Shown here piece after piece: positions 26,024 through 36,520 of a stretch of DNA of 51,305 nucleotides. A program made the position numbers and the translations under genes. Position 1 is the first letter of the stretch, and each line of letters starts with the position of its first letter. The DNA lies in sequence record DRR723986_811. The stretch is one strand, 5' to 3'. The notes beneath the pieces are model-generated. The model had not been told where the DNA came from. It made no database searches and saw only the letters and a program-made list of their open reading frames with translations.

Positions 26024-28609
26024 TCAGGCGGCTTCCTTGCTGGGGCTGCCGAGTTCCTGTTTCACGCGTTCAGCCAGCTGACGAACTGTGAAGGGCTTCG
26101 GCAGAAAGGAGACGGCCCGGTCGTCGTCAAGCTGCTGGGCGATATCGCGCTCGGCATAGCCGGAGATGAAGATCACGCGGGCATGGCCCAGCAGGTCCTT
26201 CGCCTCGCGGATGAGGGTCGGCCCATCCTTGCCCGGCATGACCACGTCGGAAATGACCAGGTCGAAGCTCTGAGGATTGTCTTCGAGGATCTCCATGGCT
26301 TCCTCGCCATCGCAGGCCTCTTCGACCTCATAGCCGCGCGAGCGCAGGAGGGATGCCGCAATGCCCCGCACGCCATCCTCGTCCTCGATAAGGAGGATCC
26401 GTCCGCGTCCGGAAATATCCATCGGGCGCGCCGCGGCCTTGTCGGCAGCCGTTACCTCGACCGGGGCCGGCACTTCTTCTGCCTTCAGGGCCGGCAGGTA
26501 GATGTGGAAGGTCGTGCCTTTGCCGACGGTAGACGTCGTGCAGACATAACCGCCGGACTGCTTGATGATGCCGTAGACAGTGGCAAGGCCGAGGCCCGTG
26601 CCGACGCCGGCTTCCTTGGTGGTGAAGAAGGGCTGGAAGATCTTTTCCATGACGTCCTTCGACATGCCATGGCCGGTGTCTTCCACCTCGATCAGCATGT
26701 ACTCGCCATCCTCGACGAACTTGAAGCCCTTGGCATGAGCGTCGGCGCCGGTGGCACGGGCGGTGCGGATCGTCAGCTTGCCGCCATTCTTGTGGCTCAG
26801 CATCGCATCGCGCGCATTGGTGGCGAGGTTGAGGATCGCGTTTTCCAGCTGGTTCTTGTCGGCCTTGATATGCGGCACATCGCGGCCATGCACGACTTCC
26901 AGCTCGATCCGCTCGTCCAGCAGCTGGCGCAGCAGGATGGAGAATTCGGAGAGGAAATCGGGCACCGCGAAGATCTCGCGCTTGAAGGTCTGCTGCCGCG
27001 CATAGGCGAGCAGCATCTTCACCAGTTCCTTCGCCCGCATCGCGAACTCGTTGATGGACTGGAGGTTCGAATAGGACGGATCGCCCAGCGGGTGGCGCAC
27101 CATCAGTTCCTCATTGTTGAGGATGATACCCTGCAGGACGTTGTTGAAGTCGTGCGCCACGCCGCCGGCGAGCTGGCCGATGGCCTGCATCTTCTCGCCA
27201 TGCGCCAGACGGATCTCCAGCTGGCGCTGATCGGTAATGTCCATCACATAAGCCACCGACGGGCGGCCATTGCCATCGAGGGCCACGAAAACGTTGACGT
27301 GGCGCGGATCCTTGCCGGCGAGCTTCAGGCCGACCGGCTTGTCGATCGCATCAACCAGCGCGCTGGAGAGCGCATCCTCCCCCTCTTCGGCCTGGAACAT
27401 CGCCGCGAACTGGCTGCCGGGAGCGGCCTGGCCGCCGGTCATTTCCATCAGGGCGCGGTTAGAGTCGAGGATGATCGCCCCTTGCACACTGTCGCCCTGC
27501 AGGCGGACCGCGCCGAAGGGGGCATCGTCGAACATCGGGTCGCCATCCGGACGCGGCGGGCGCGAGCCGGTCAGGGCGAAACGCTCCTCGCCGCCATTCA
27601 GCATCTGCGCACTCGGCAGCAGGATCGTGCGGCCAGCCGCTTCGGCGCCGCGGCCAGACCAGGTCGTGATTGCATGGACCGGGATCTCGATCCCGTCGCG
27701 GCCGCGGATCTGGACGTCGACCCGGCCCGGCAGGCCGGTCTTGCGGTCGCGCGACAGCATCTTCACGAATTCCGGACGCATGATGTCGTCGATCCGGACA
27801 TTGCGCGCCGACTCCGGCAGGCCGAGCGTGTCGCGCAGCCAGGAGTTGGCATAAGTGATCGTGCCGTCAGGGCGGGCGGCGAAGAATCCCATCGGTGCGT
27901 CTTCGACGTAGAGCGACTTCAGGTCGGCTGCCCCGGTCGCCTCGCGCTCCCCGGCAATCGGGCGGATACGCCAGAGCACCTTGCCGCGTGGCAGCGGAGA
28001 AACGGAAATCTCGTACTGGGCCGGCACCTGCTCCGGGCCGATCGTGATCGGCGGCAGCACTTCGCGGCGCGCCATGCCGGCCTTGGCGTCCTTGGACAGG
28101 CGGTAGACCGGCGCGGCGAGCCCCGGGCTCGCACCGAACAGACGGTCCACAGTCACCGGGCCATTGTCGCCCTGGCTGACCATCAGCGCCATGGTGGTGA
28201 GATCCTTGTAAGCGGTGTTCGCTGCGACCGGGGCGCCGCCCTGGTCGGCGATCAGGACACTCTCGTCGAGTGCCTCGATCCAGCCGAAGCGCGGCTGGCT
28301 GGCCTGCGCGGCGCGGATCGCGGAACCCTTCTCCGGGAAGAGGCCCAGCATGCGCCCTGCCCCGCGGACGGTCCACAGCAGGAAGACGAGGCCGCCCGAG
28401 CCCATGGCAATCAGCAGGATCGGCCCCGGCGCGCCGGAGGCTTTCGGCCAGGCGAGTGCCACGCTGGCCGCCGCAATGGAAATCAGCAGGCAGCCCCAGA
28501 ACAGGAGCTGCATCACGTCGATCTTCGGACGCGTGAATTCCAGTCCGGAGCCCTCGGCCGTTTCGACCTCTTCAGGCGGGCTCTCATGCATCCGGGTATT
28601 GGTGTCCAT
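26024..28609 (-). CDS. cckA: Cell-cycle hybrid histidine kinase CckA
   Basis: Two N-terminal TMs, PAS regions, H-box [41 protein letters not shown], and a C-terminal receiver [11 protein letters not shown]. Confidence 0.9.
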   Translation of the reverse strand: MDTNTRMHESPPEEVETAEGSGLEFTRPKIDVMQLLFWGCLLISIAAASVALAWPKASGAPGPILLIAMGSGGLVFLLWTVRGAGRMLGLFPEKGSAIRAAQASQPRFGWIEALDESVLIADQGGAPVAANTAYKDLTTMALMVSQGDNGPVTVDRLFGASPGLAAPVYRLSKDAKAGMARREVLPPITIGPEQVPAQYEISVSPLPRGKVLWRIRPIAGEREATGAADLKSLYVEDAPMGFFAARPDGTITYANSWLRDTLGLPESARNVRIDDIMRPEFVKMLSRDRKTGLPGRVDVQIRGRDGIEIPVHAITTWSGRGAEAAGRTILLPSAQMLNGGEERFALTGSRPPRPDGDPMFDDAPFGAVRLQGDSVQGAIILDSNRALMEMTGGQAAPGSQFAAMFQAEEGEDALSSALVDAIDKPVGLKLAGKDPRHVNVFVALDGNGRPSVAYVMDITDQRQLEIRLAHGEKMQAIGQLAGGVAHDFNNVLQGIILNNEELMVRHPLGDPSYSNLQSINEFAMRAKELVKMLLAYARQQTFKREIFAVPDFLSEFSILLRQLLDERIELEVVHGRDVPHIKADKNQLENAILNLATNARDAMLSHKNGGKLTIRTARATGADAHAKGFKFVEDGEYMLIEVEDTGHGMSKDVMEKIFQPFFTTKEAGVGTGLGLATVYGIIKQSGGYVCTTSTVGKGTTFHIYLPALKAEEVPAPVEVTAADKAAARPMDISGRGRILLIEDEDGVRGIAASLLRSRGYEVEEACDGEEAMEILEDNPQSFDLVISDVVMPGKDGPTLIREAKDLLGHARVIFISGYAERDIAQQLDDDRAVSFLPKPFTVRQLAERVKQELGSPSKEAA

Positions 28610-28801
28610 GCTGCTTTTCACTCCCGCCACCGGCTGACAAGAAATGCATGCCGGGCAATACTGTCCGGCCGGGCCGGCAAGCCGACTCAGCCGCTATGAA
28701 TCCTAGTCTACAGAGAGATAGGCGGCAAAGGTTAACGAAAGCGAAAAAAGCGTTAAGACTGCCCGTCAAGATTACAGATTCCCGCTTACCTGGAGACTCC
28801 C

Positions 28802-30706
28802 ATGAAACCTGTCCTGATTGCCCGTTCGTCGGTGCTGGCCTTGCTCATTGCAACGGCGGGCTGTGCCATGAATGAGGAAACTGCAACGCCCGCTGCAGGG
28901 ACCGAAGCCGCTGCAGCCGAGGCGGTCGCCTCACCGACCATGCCAAGTGCGGAGGACATTGCGGCAGAATCCGCCCGGCTGAACGCGTGGTTCGACCAGA
29001 AGTTCGACGAGACCGTTTCCCGCAGCCCGGTCGCGCAGACCTATCTCGGCATCAAGGACAATTACGGCGAGTGGGACGATGTCTCCGACGCCAATGCATT
29101 GAAAGAGCTGGAGATCCAGCGCGCCAATATTGCAGAAATGGAGACGTCTTTCGATCCGGCCCTGCTGGACCATCAGGCGAAACTCTCGTGGCGCATCACC
29201 GAGCTGAACCTGAACTCAGCCGAGGCCGATTACAAATACCGCCACCACCGCTACGTCTTTGACCAGATGAACGGCGTGCAGGCCGAGATTCCGGCTTTCC
29301 TGATCAACCAGCACCAGATCGCTACCAAATCCGATGCCGAAGCCTACATCTCCCGTCTCAATGGTGTGCCCGCATACATGGAACAGAACCTTGAGAATGC
29401 GCGGATTGCGCTGGCTGACGGCATCCAGCCGCCTGCCTTCGTTTATGACTATGTCCTGTCGGACGCCAAGGGCGTGATCACCGGAGCGCCCTTCGATGAC
29501 AGCGGCAAGGACAGCCCGATCATGGGCGACTTCCGCAAGAAAATTGCCGGTCTGGTCGATGCCGGGACAGTCTCGCAGGAAGAGGCTGACCAGATGCTGG
29601 AAGAGGCCACGGACGCGCTGACCAATTCCGTTGGCCCAGCTTATGAAGCTGCCATCGCGGAACTCGAAGAGCAGGCCAAGACAGCCACGACCGATGACGG
29701 CGCCTGGAAGCTGCCGGATGGCGAGGCGTATTACGCCTCAAGGCTCGCCGACTACACGACCACCGACATGACGGCCGAGGAGATCCACAATCTCGGCCTG
29801 GCAGAAGTCGCGCGGATCCAGGACGAAATGCGCGGGATCATGAAACAGGTCGGCTTCGAGGGCAGCCTGAAGGAGTTCTTCGACTTCACGCGGACCGATC
29901 CGCAATTCTTCAAGCCGAACACGCCGGAAGGCAAAGCCGAATACCTGGACGAAGCCACGACATGGATCGACCAGATGCGCGAAGACCTGCCGACCGTGTT
30001 CAACACATTCCCCAAGGCGGACATGATCGTCAAAGCGGTGGAGCCGTTCCGCGAAAAGTCTGCTGGCAAGGCATTTTATTCGCAGCCCGCTCCCGATGGC
30101 AGCCGCCCGGGCACCTATTACGCCAACCTCTACCGCATGCAGGATATGCCGACCTATCAGATGCAGGCGCTGGCCTTCCATGAGGGCATTCCCGGCCACC
30201 ACATGCAGATCGCCATCGCGCAGGAACTGACCGGCGTGCCGAAGTTCCGTAAGTATGGCGGCTTCACTGCCTTCGTCGAAGGCTGGGGGCTCTATTCGGA
30301 ATACCTGCCCAAGGAGATGGGCTACTACAGCGACCCGTATGACGATTTCGGGCGTCTCGCCATGGAGATCTGGCGGGCGGCGCGCCTCGTGGTCGATACC
30401 GGGATCCACGACCAGCACTGGACCCGCGAACAGGCGATCCAGTACCTGATGGACAATACGCCCAATCCGGAGGGCGACTGCCGCAAAGCGATTGAGCGCT
30501 ATATCGTGATGCCGGGGCAAGCGACGGCCTACAAGATCGGCATGAACAAGATCATTGATCTGCGGAAACATGCGAAGGCCGAACTTGGCGACAAGTTCGA
30601 CATCCGCGCCTTTCACGATGTTGTGTTGAAGGACGGGGCTGTGCCGCTGAACATTCTGGAGGAGAATGTCGACGCATGGATCGCGGAAACCAAAGCCGGA
30701 AACTAG
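28802..30706 (+). CDS. DUF885-family lipoprotein (putative metallopeptidase)
   Basis: HEGIPGHHMQ, EGWGLYSE, RLVVDTGIH and PGQATAYKIG motifs. Confidence 0.9.
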   Translation: MKPVLIARSSVLALLIATAGCAMNEETATPAAGTEAAAAEAVASPTMPSAEDIAAESARLNAWFDQKFDETVSRSPVAQTYLGIKDNYGEWDDVSDANALKELEIQRANIAEMETSFDPALLDHQAKLSWRITELNLNSAEADYKYRHHRYVFDQMNGVQAEIPAFLINQHQIATKSDAEAYISRLNGVPAYMEQNLENARIALADGIQPPAFVYDYVLSDAKGVITGAPFDDSGKDSPIMGDFRKKIAGLVDAGTVSQEEADQMLEEATDALTNSVGPAYEAAIAELEEQAKTATTDDGAWKLPDGEAYYASRLADYTTTDMTAEEIHNLGLAEVARIQDEMRGIMKQVGFEGSLKEFFDFTRTDPQFFKPNTPEGKAEYLDEATTWIDQMREDLPTVFNTFPKADMIVKAVEPFREKSAGKAFYSQPAPDGSRPGTYYANLYRMQDMPTYQMQALAFHEGIPGHHMQIAIAQELTGVPKFRKYGGFTAFVEGWGLYSEYLPKEMGYYSDPYDDFGRLAMEIWRAARLVVDTGIHDQHWTREQAIQYLMDNTPNPEGDCRKAIERYIVMPGQATAYKIGMNKIIDLRKHAKAELGDKFDIRAFHDVVLKDGAVPLNILEENVDAWIAETKAGN

Positions 30707-30717
30707 CCGCCGGATGG

Positions 30718-31326
30718 ATGGCCCTGCCCCTCGCCGCCCTGGCGCTGGGGGGCTGCGTCTCGCTGGCGGCGCCTCTGCTGAAGCCGAAGCTGTCGGCCGA
30801 GATCGCGGCACTGCCGGCCGGCGACTGGAAGCTCGATCCGGCTCATGCCGCGCTCGTCTTCCGGATCAATCATCTCGGCTATTCCGACCTGATCGGCCGG
30901 TTTGAGTCGTTTGACGTCTCGCTGACGGGCGATGCATCCGATCCGGCTTCGGCACGCGCTGACGCCGTCATCGACATGACGTCGCTCGACATTGCGAATG
31001 ACAGCTTCGCCGACGAACTGATGGGGCCGAAATTCTTCGACGCCGCCCGGTATCCTCAGGCCGTTTTCCGGACCTTTTCCGTGACGCCGGGCGAGAACGG
31101 CGGCGCAGAGGTGAATGGCGAGCTGACTCTGCACGGTCAAACCCGGCCTGTGACGCTGGACGTCCAATTCAACGGTACCGCGTTCGACCCGATCCGCGGC
31201 ACTCAGGTAGCAGGGTTCAGCGCAAATGCTGTGATCGACCGGACTGATTTTGGAATATCCGCTTTTTCCGGCCTGGTAACCGATGAGGTCCGAATCCAGA
31301 TCGAAGCGGAATTTCTGAAGCAATAA
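30718..31326 (+). CDS. YceI-family lipid/polyisoprenoid-binding protein
   Basis: WKLDPAHA, FFDAARYP, GELTLHGQTRPV and IDRTDFG motifs. Start uncertain. Confidence 0.88.
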   Translation: MALPLAALALGGCVSLAAPLLKPKLSAEIAALPAGDWKLDPAHAALVFRINHLGYSDLIGRFESFDVSLTGDASDPASARADAVIDMTSLDIANDSFADELMGPKFFDAARYPQAVFRTFSVTPGENGGAEVNGELTLHGQTRPVTLDVQFNGTAFDPIRGTQVAGFSANAVIDRTDFGISAFSGLVTDEVRIQIEAEFLKQ

Positions 31327-31329
31327 GTG

Positions 31330-32421
31330 TTAACGGAAGCCCGGCACGCGGCGCGAGATTCGCAGCGCCATTTTGTTGCCCTTGCGACCGATCTGGGCTT
31401 CCGCCACAATCGGTCCGTCACGCCCGCCGGAGAGCAATTCCACCGGCTGGTCTGCTGGCACGCCCAGCAGAAGTGTCGACCCGGCGGTGAGGTCTGTAAG
31501 GCGCGACAGCGGCACGCTGAGCGAGGCAACGCGCGCGGTCAAAAGGACGGTAACGGACGATGGTGCAGCTTCCGCCGGGAGCGCAGTTGCCGGAGCGGTC
31601 GCAGGCGCCGGGAGGGCGTCCGGCATATCCTCAGCCGCCAGCTCACCCGACAGGATAAGGCGTGCCGCATGACGCCCGCCATCGACGCGGATTTCGAAAT
31701 CGATAATTTCCGCCGTGCCCGGACGGGCCAGCGCGGCCGCGAAGTCCGCCTCGGTCTCCATGCCGGCAAAGCTGAGGCCCGGCGCGATCGCATGACCAAG
31801 TGGCCGGACAAGGCCTTCCAGCAGCGCGCTGTCGAGCGGGGTCAGCTCACGCGGAGACCAGTCCCCCGGCATGCCGCCTCCGCCGCAAGCTGTTTCAATC
31901 AGGGCGTTTGCGAGCTCCGGCGACAGGACGAGCATGGCGTCCACCTCGCCCTCACCGACCGCAAAACAGGCGATGGCTGCCCCTTGCCCGGCAACGCTGC
32001 CGGTGAGGCCGGAATCGAAATCCCCTTCCCGGAGCGCGCGCACCGCGGCCGCTGCCCGCAGGCCGCATCCCTTGCGCAAACCAAGCGAGAGACGCGACGC
32101 CAGGCGCCGTGCCGTGACCGGAATATCCGTAGTCGGGGCGTCACTTTCGGCAGGCTCCCGCACGTTTGCTTCGACATCCGGCAAGGGCTTGTCGGCAATC
32201 GTCTCGGGCGCTGGCTCTGGCAGGCTATCCGGCAGGTCCGAAAGGTCGGGCCGAAGCAGGGCCTCAATCTCCGCAGCGCTCAGCACACCGCGCGACGATG
32301 GCAGGGGCCGTTGGGGAGACAGAGGCTCGAACGAAGTCGGCATGTCCACCATCACCGCCGATTCCCGGCGGGGTGACATGTCCCAGCCGTCGTCGGCGGC
32401 AAGAGGGAGGTCTGACTTCAT
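31330..32421 (-). CDS. Divergent FliM/FliN-like flagellar switch protein (C-terminal SpoA domain)
   Basis: VLSAAEIEALL resembles the FliM CheY-binding peptide; RELTPLD; SpoA-like C-terminus ending IGRKGNKMALRI. Confidence 0.75.
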   Translation of the reverse strand: MKSDLPLAADDGWDMSPRRESAVMVDMPTSFEPLSPQRPLPSSRGVLSAAEIEALLRPDLSDLPDSLPEPAPETIADKPLPDVEANVREPAESDAPTTDIPVTARRLASRLSLGLRKGCGLRAAAAVRALREGDFDSGLTGSVAGQGAAIACFAVGEGEVDAMLVLSPELANALIETACGGGGMPGDWSPRELTPLDSALLEGLVRPLGHAIAPGLSFAGMETEADFAAALARPGTAEIIDFEIRVDGGRHAARLILSGELAAEDMPDALPAPATAPATALPAEAAPSSVTVLLTARVASLSVPLSRLTDLTAGSTLLLGVPADQPVELLSGGRDGPIVAEAQIGRKGNKMALRISRRVPGFR

Positions 32422-32462
32422 GCGCGGCGCTTCCGTAATGGTTACTTCTGCAGCGGAGAGGG

Positions 32463-32477
32463 TTAACGGGCAGTTAG
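32463..32477. promoter_or_regulatory. Candidate CtrA box TTAA-N7-TTAG
   Basis: TTAACGGGCAGTTAG, about 40 bp upstream of the FliM-like gene; one mismatch to TTAA-N7-TTAA. Confidence 0.55.
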
Positions 32478-32672
32478 GAATTGGAATTCCCGGGCCCGGT
32501 CAATGCCTGTCAGACAGCCAGGCGAGTCGCATCGATCCTAACAAATCGGCACTTGCTGTTAAACATAAGGCTTCAGCCTTAAGACCTTGATTACCAAGAT
32601 GTAACAGATCGTTTGGACCTTGCTGGCATTGTGAATTCACCGCGGAACAGGCGGCCGCGGAGACGAATAAGC

Positions 32673-32712
32673 GCCGTGGCGTTGGGATGAATCAGCCGTG
32701 GCGTTGGGATGA
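32673..32712. repeat. Exact 18-bp direct repeat GCCGTGGCGTTGGGATGA x2
   Basis: Copies at 32673-32690 and 32695-32712, period 22 bp. Confidence 0.9.
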
Positions 32713-32713
32713 T

Positions 32714-32753
32714 AAAAAAATGCGGCGGCGCCTCTATTGGAGACGCCGCCGCA
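32714..32753 (-). terminator. Intrinsic terminator of dksA
   Basis: Stem TGCGGCGGCG/CGCCGCCGCA followed by T7 on the minus strand. Confidence 0.85.
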
Positions 32754-32782
32754 AATAATTCCAGGGCAAGATTTTTTACGCC

Positions 32783-33199
32783 TCAATCGTCGCGCAGGGT
32801 GCGTTCCTTGCGCTCATGGCGTTCCTGGGCCTCCAGGCTCAGCGTCGCGGTCGGGCGGGCTTCCAGCCGGCGCAGGCCGATCGGCTCACCGGTCACTTCG
32901 CAGAAACCGTAAGACCCGTCCTCGATCCGGCGCAGGGCCGCATCGATCTTGGAGATCAGCTTGCGCTGACGGTCGCGGGTGCGCAGTTCAAGCGCCTTGT
33001 CGCTTTCCGCGGACGCCCGGTCGACAATATCGGGTAGCGAACCGGACTCATCCTGCAGATTTGTGATGGTCTGCTTGGCGCCGTCGAGAATGTCGGCTTT
33101 CCAGTTCTCAAGCAGCCGGCGGAAGTAAGCCAGCTGCTTTTCGTTCATGAATTCCTCGTCATCCGAGGGACGATAGTCGTCTGCAATTTCCACACTCAT
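32783..33199 (-). CDS. dksA: RNA polymerase-binding transcription factor DksA
   Basis: EEFMNEKQLAYFR, DIVDRAS, LRTRDRQRKLISKID and RRLEARPTA motifs. Confidence 0.96.
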   Translation of the reverse strand: MSVEIADDYRPSDDEEFMNEKQLAYFRRLLENWKADILDGAKQTITNLQDESGSLPDIVDRASAESDKALELRTRDRQRKLISKIDAALRRIEDGSYGFCEVTGEPIGLRRLEARPTATLSLEAQERHERKERTLRDD

Positions 33200-33459
33200 C
33201 GCAGGACACCTCATAGAAACTTGGCCGGGATATAAAGCCGCAGGCGATTCATCGCAATCGGCAAAGCTGAGTTAATTTTCTCCACCTTTTCAGGCGCCTG
33301 GGCCAATAACCCCGAATTGTCGTAAAATTGTGACCGGCCTGGGCCAGACGGACAGGCAGAATCCAGTGCAATATGCAGGCCGGGGCTTGATCTTTCCTGC
33401 CCTCACGCGCTCTATAAAAACTCGCCCAATGTACAGCTTTTGCAACGGTTTCAGCGTTC

Positions 33460-34743
33460 ATGGCCCGACGCCGGAAAAGCACTGGAAAAACCTCGGGCTG
33501 GATGCAGGCTGTCGTTTTCAACTCCATGCTCATCCTGCTTCCGGTAATCGGCGCGCAGGTGCTGGGCGCAGCCTTTTCCGGGTCGGCCTTCTCCGATTCC
33601 CCGGGAATTGAGGCGATCGACCAGACCCGCAAAAACATGGACGACGCATTCGCCTCCTTTGCGCCGCGCAACCCGTCCGACCGGTATGAATTCTGGTATG
33701 ATGTCGTCGATCGTGAGCTCAGCGAACGCGATGTTGCCGCAGCACATGGCTTCCTCCTCGCCGCCCCGCAGATGCTGGACCGCAAGGATGTCAAAGAGCT
33801 GATGGTGGCGGCCGACGCTGAACGGCTGGACCGCGCGGACGAACGGCTGGCGGCTGCAGCCCTTCGCAAGCTGCCGACGGCGATCAGCCTGAAATACGAA
33901 GAGGCACAGGTATCGGCCCGGGTCATGGACGTTCAGTCCGGCCTGGTCGACGCCCCGGAAACGGTCATCGAAGTCGCCGACAGCGGGGCTGGGAATCAGG
34001 GCGGGCCTGAGGTTGAGGTGACATCCGAACGCACAGCTACAGATACGCGTTTCCGCCTGCTTGGCACATTTAGGGACCTCGCAGAAAATTCCGAGCGTTG
34101 GGTCCATGGCGACCGGATGGACGAAATCGCCCTGAAGATCACCGCCATCGGCCTGCTTGAGGCGGAAACCGCAGACGGTCTGTCGGACGCCAATATCCGC
34201 GCCGCCTCGATCCTGAAGTCCGCGCTCCGCTCGCGCCGCCTCACGGAAGACTTCCAGGATTATCTGTCCGCACGGGTGAATGCCGCCCTGCCCGACAGCA
34301 CCTTGCGACCCGCCCTTGAAGAGGCTTTGGGGGAACTCGCCATGATCGATGTCCGAACCGAACGGGCCAAAGCCGCCTTCATCGCCTCCATCGATGCGCG
34401 CGGCCTGCAACGACTTGAAGCCGATCTCGAACAGATTGATCGGATCGGCAGATTGACCAGCCCAGCGGCGGCGGTGACCCTTCTGGAACAGGTGGAAGAT
34501 GCGTCCGACCTCCGCCGGGTCCGACTGATCGCCGAAGCGGGCGGCGACCGGGCTGTCGCTCTCGTCAAGCAATCCGGTGCGGGCGCTTTGCGAACGGCCG
34601 ATACCGGGATCCGCTGGACCCTTCAGATGGTGCTGCAGGTGATGGGCATGACGGCCGCGGGCCTCGCCCTGATCTTCGTGACCTGGTCAACGTTCCGCCG
34701 GAACATCCGGAAAAAGAAGAAACTGGAACCGATGGGGGCCTGA
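33460..34743 (+). CDS. Hypothetical membrane-anchored protein
   Basis: 427-aa ORF with N- and C-terminal TM segments; fills the gap between dksA and the MarC gene. Confidence 0.75.
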   Translation: MARRRKSTGKTSGWMQAVVFNSMLILLPVIGAQVLGAAFSGSAFSDSPGIEAIDQTRKNMDDAFASFAPRNPSDRYEFWYDVVDRELSERDVAAAHGFLLAAPQMLDRKDVKELMVAADAERLDRADERLAAAALRKLPTAISLKYEEAQVSARVMDVQSGLVDAPETVIEVADSGAGNQGGPEVEVTSERTATDTRFRLLGTFRDLAENSERWVHGDRMDEIALKITAIGLLEAETADGLSDANIRAASILKSALRSRRLTEDFQDYLSARVNAALPDSTLRPALEEALGELAMIDVRTERAKAAFIASIDARGLQRLEADLEQIDRIGRLTSPAAAVTLLEQVEDASDLRRVRLIAEAGGDRAVALVKQSGAGALRTADTGIRWTLQMVLQVMGMTAAGLALIFVTWSTFRRNIRKKKKLEPMGA

Positions 34744-34760
34744 CCCCCCGGCCGACAAAT

Positions 34761-35411
34761 TCAGCCGAGATTGAACGCGCCTTTGATTCCGTCGATCAGC
34801 AACTGGATCGACAAGGCCGCCAGCACAACGCCGAGGATCCGCGTCAGTGCCCCGGCCACACTTGCGCCCAGCAAACGCACCAGCGGACCTGCCGCCAGGA
34901 AAATGACCAGCGTCAGAATCAGGTTCAGGCCTATGGCGGCCAGAATGACCCCCTTCTCCATCCAGTTTTCCGTGTCGGACATGTAAAACATCGCCGTGGC
35001 AATGGAGCCGGGCCCTGCGATCATCGGAATACCAAGCGGGAAGACTGAGACATCGTCCGGCTCCGGATCCGTCTCATGCTGACCGAGATGTTCTTCGGTA
35101 CGGTGCTCGCGGCGCTCGGTGCGCTTCTCGAACACCATGTCGAGCGCGATCAGGAACAGCAAAACCCCGCCCGCCGCCCGAAATGCATCGATCGAGATAT
35201 GCATGGCATCCATCAGCCAGGCGCCACCGAAGGCAAAGGCGAAGATGATCACGGCAGCGACGAAGACCGACTTGAACGCCATCTGCCGGCGATAGGCGGC
35301 ATCGCCGCGCGCCGTCAGCGTTGCAAACATCGGCGCCACACCGAGCGAGTCGATCAGGACGAAAAAGGTGACAAACGTTGCCGTGAACAGGGAGAGGAGT
35401 TCTGCGCTCAT
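34761..35411 (-). CDS. MarC-family membrane protein
   Basis: FRAAGGVLLFLIA, FPLGIPMIAGPGSI and TRILG motifs. Confidence 0.92.
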   Translation of the reverse strand: MSAELLSLFTATFVTFFVLIDSLGVAPMFATLTARGDAAYRRQMAFKSVFVAAVIIFAFAFGGAWLMDAMHISIDAFRAAGGVLLFLIALDMVFEKRTERREHRTEEHLGQHETDPEPDDVSVFPLGIPMIAGPGSIATAMFYMSDTENWMEKGVILAAIGLNLILTLVIFLAAGPLVRLLGASVAGALTRILGVVLAALSIQLLIDGIKGAFNLG

Positions 35412-35421
35412 GCGCGGCGCT

Positions 35422-35733
35422 CTAGTCTCTCTGCGTCGTTGCGTCGAGGATTTCCTGCACGCCCGGTGCAATCGTCAACGCATGGGGGCTGGCCGTGAAA
35501 TGTGACAGGTCAGCCGCGCCTGAGGCAAGCGCCAGCATCATCTTGTGACCGCGAAGCCGCTGCAGCAGACCTTCGGAGCCACGCGGGCCGTCGGCACGGG
35601 CGAGGCGCCCGTCGCCAAGATCGACGCAGATGTCCTGCCCCTGTCCGGCTTCCAGAAGTCGAATGGCCTCGTCCAGGCCCAGCGGCTTGGTGTCGGGAGC
35701 GGGGTGGACGCGCATCGCGGAGCCGTCTGCCAT
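35422..35733 (-). CDS. Hypothetical protein
   Basis: Start overlaps the flbT stop; ends 10 nt before the MarC gene. Confidence 0.55.
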   Translation of the reverse strand: MADGSAMRVHPAPDTKPLGLDEAIRLLEAGQGQDICVDLGDGRLARADGPRGSEGLLQRLRGHKMMLALASGAADLSHFTASPHALTIAPGVQEILDATTQRD

Positions 35734-36119
35734 CAGGCCGCCGCCGCTTCGCCGTCAGCCAGCAGACGCCGGCACCGGCTGAGGGCGCGGTAAAGGTTGG
35801 AGCAAGCCACATCGGCAGAAATATCCAGCACGGCCGCGCGGGACTCTTCAGTCTCGCTGGCAGCCAGCAGCGTGGCGAGCGACTCTGCGGCCTGCGAATA
35901 GGTCGGCCCGTCGGCTTCGCCGAGCAGGTACATCTGCATCACGCTGAAATAGGCGCGCGCCGCCGGCGTCGTGGCATCGCGCGGATGCAGGATGTCCTTC
36001 TCGCGCAGGACCCGGGCCTGGTTTTCCAGCAGCAGCACGCCCCGGCGGTCGCCATTGCGCACGACGGCCCCGTTCACGACGAACGTTTCACCCGGCTTGA
36101 GCGACAGTTTGAGAGGCAT
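35733..36119 (-). CDS. flbT: Flagellar biosynthesis repressor FlbT
   Basis: MPLKLSLKPGETFVVNGAVVRNGDRR...LREKDIL...ATTPA motif. Confidence 0.92.
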   Translation of the reverse strand: MPLKLSLKPGETFVVNGAVVRNGDRRGVLLLENQARVLREKDILHPRDATTPAARAYFSVMQMYLLGEADGPTYSQAAESLATLLAASETEESRAAVLDISADVACSNLYRALSRCRRLLADGEAAAA

Positions 36120-36520
36120 GGTTTCAGATCCAATGCGGCGAATTTCGCAAAGAATCGCAGGAAGGCGTTAACGCTTGATTGCCGGTTCACGAACTTTCCA
36201 GGTTAGCGCGACGCGGCCTCAATCCCGAACGGAAAAGTGCCATGCGCGCGTTTCCCGGCAGGGTTCTGGATCATAAGTCCTGCATCGGCCCGGGCCTGTC
36301 CCGACCCAACGGGGTCAGACCTGCCCGGACCGGTGCGGCACTCCGCTGAAGCATGAGACGCTGCGGTCGTGCGCATGGCAAATCCTGTTTACCACACGCA
36401 GGAGGGGGCGAAAAATGAAACCCTTGCTGCAGTGCGGAACGCACCTCCCGCCACGTCAGAGCTTGCTCCCTCCGGGCCACTCCCTATTGTGGAGGAAAGA
36501 CAGATAAGGACGGGACACCC

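Noticed and set aside
26183-28699. Long alternative-frame ORFs (e.g. the 838-aa ORF over cckA, 576 aa at 23245-24975, 481 aa at 13950-15395)
   Set aside because: Typical stop-poor shadow frames of high-GC genes; they overlap well-supported genes and lack motifs.
32673-32712. Mini-CRISPR array
   Set aside because: Only two 18-bp units with a 4-bp gap and no cas genes.
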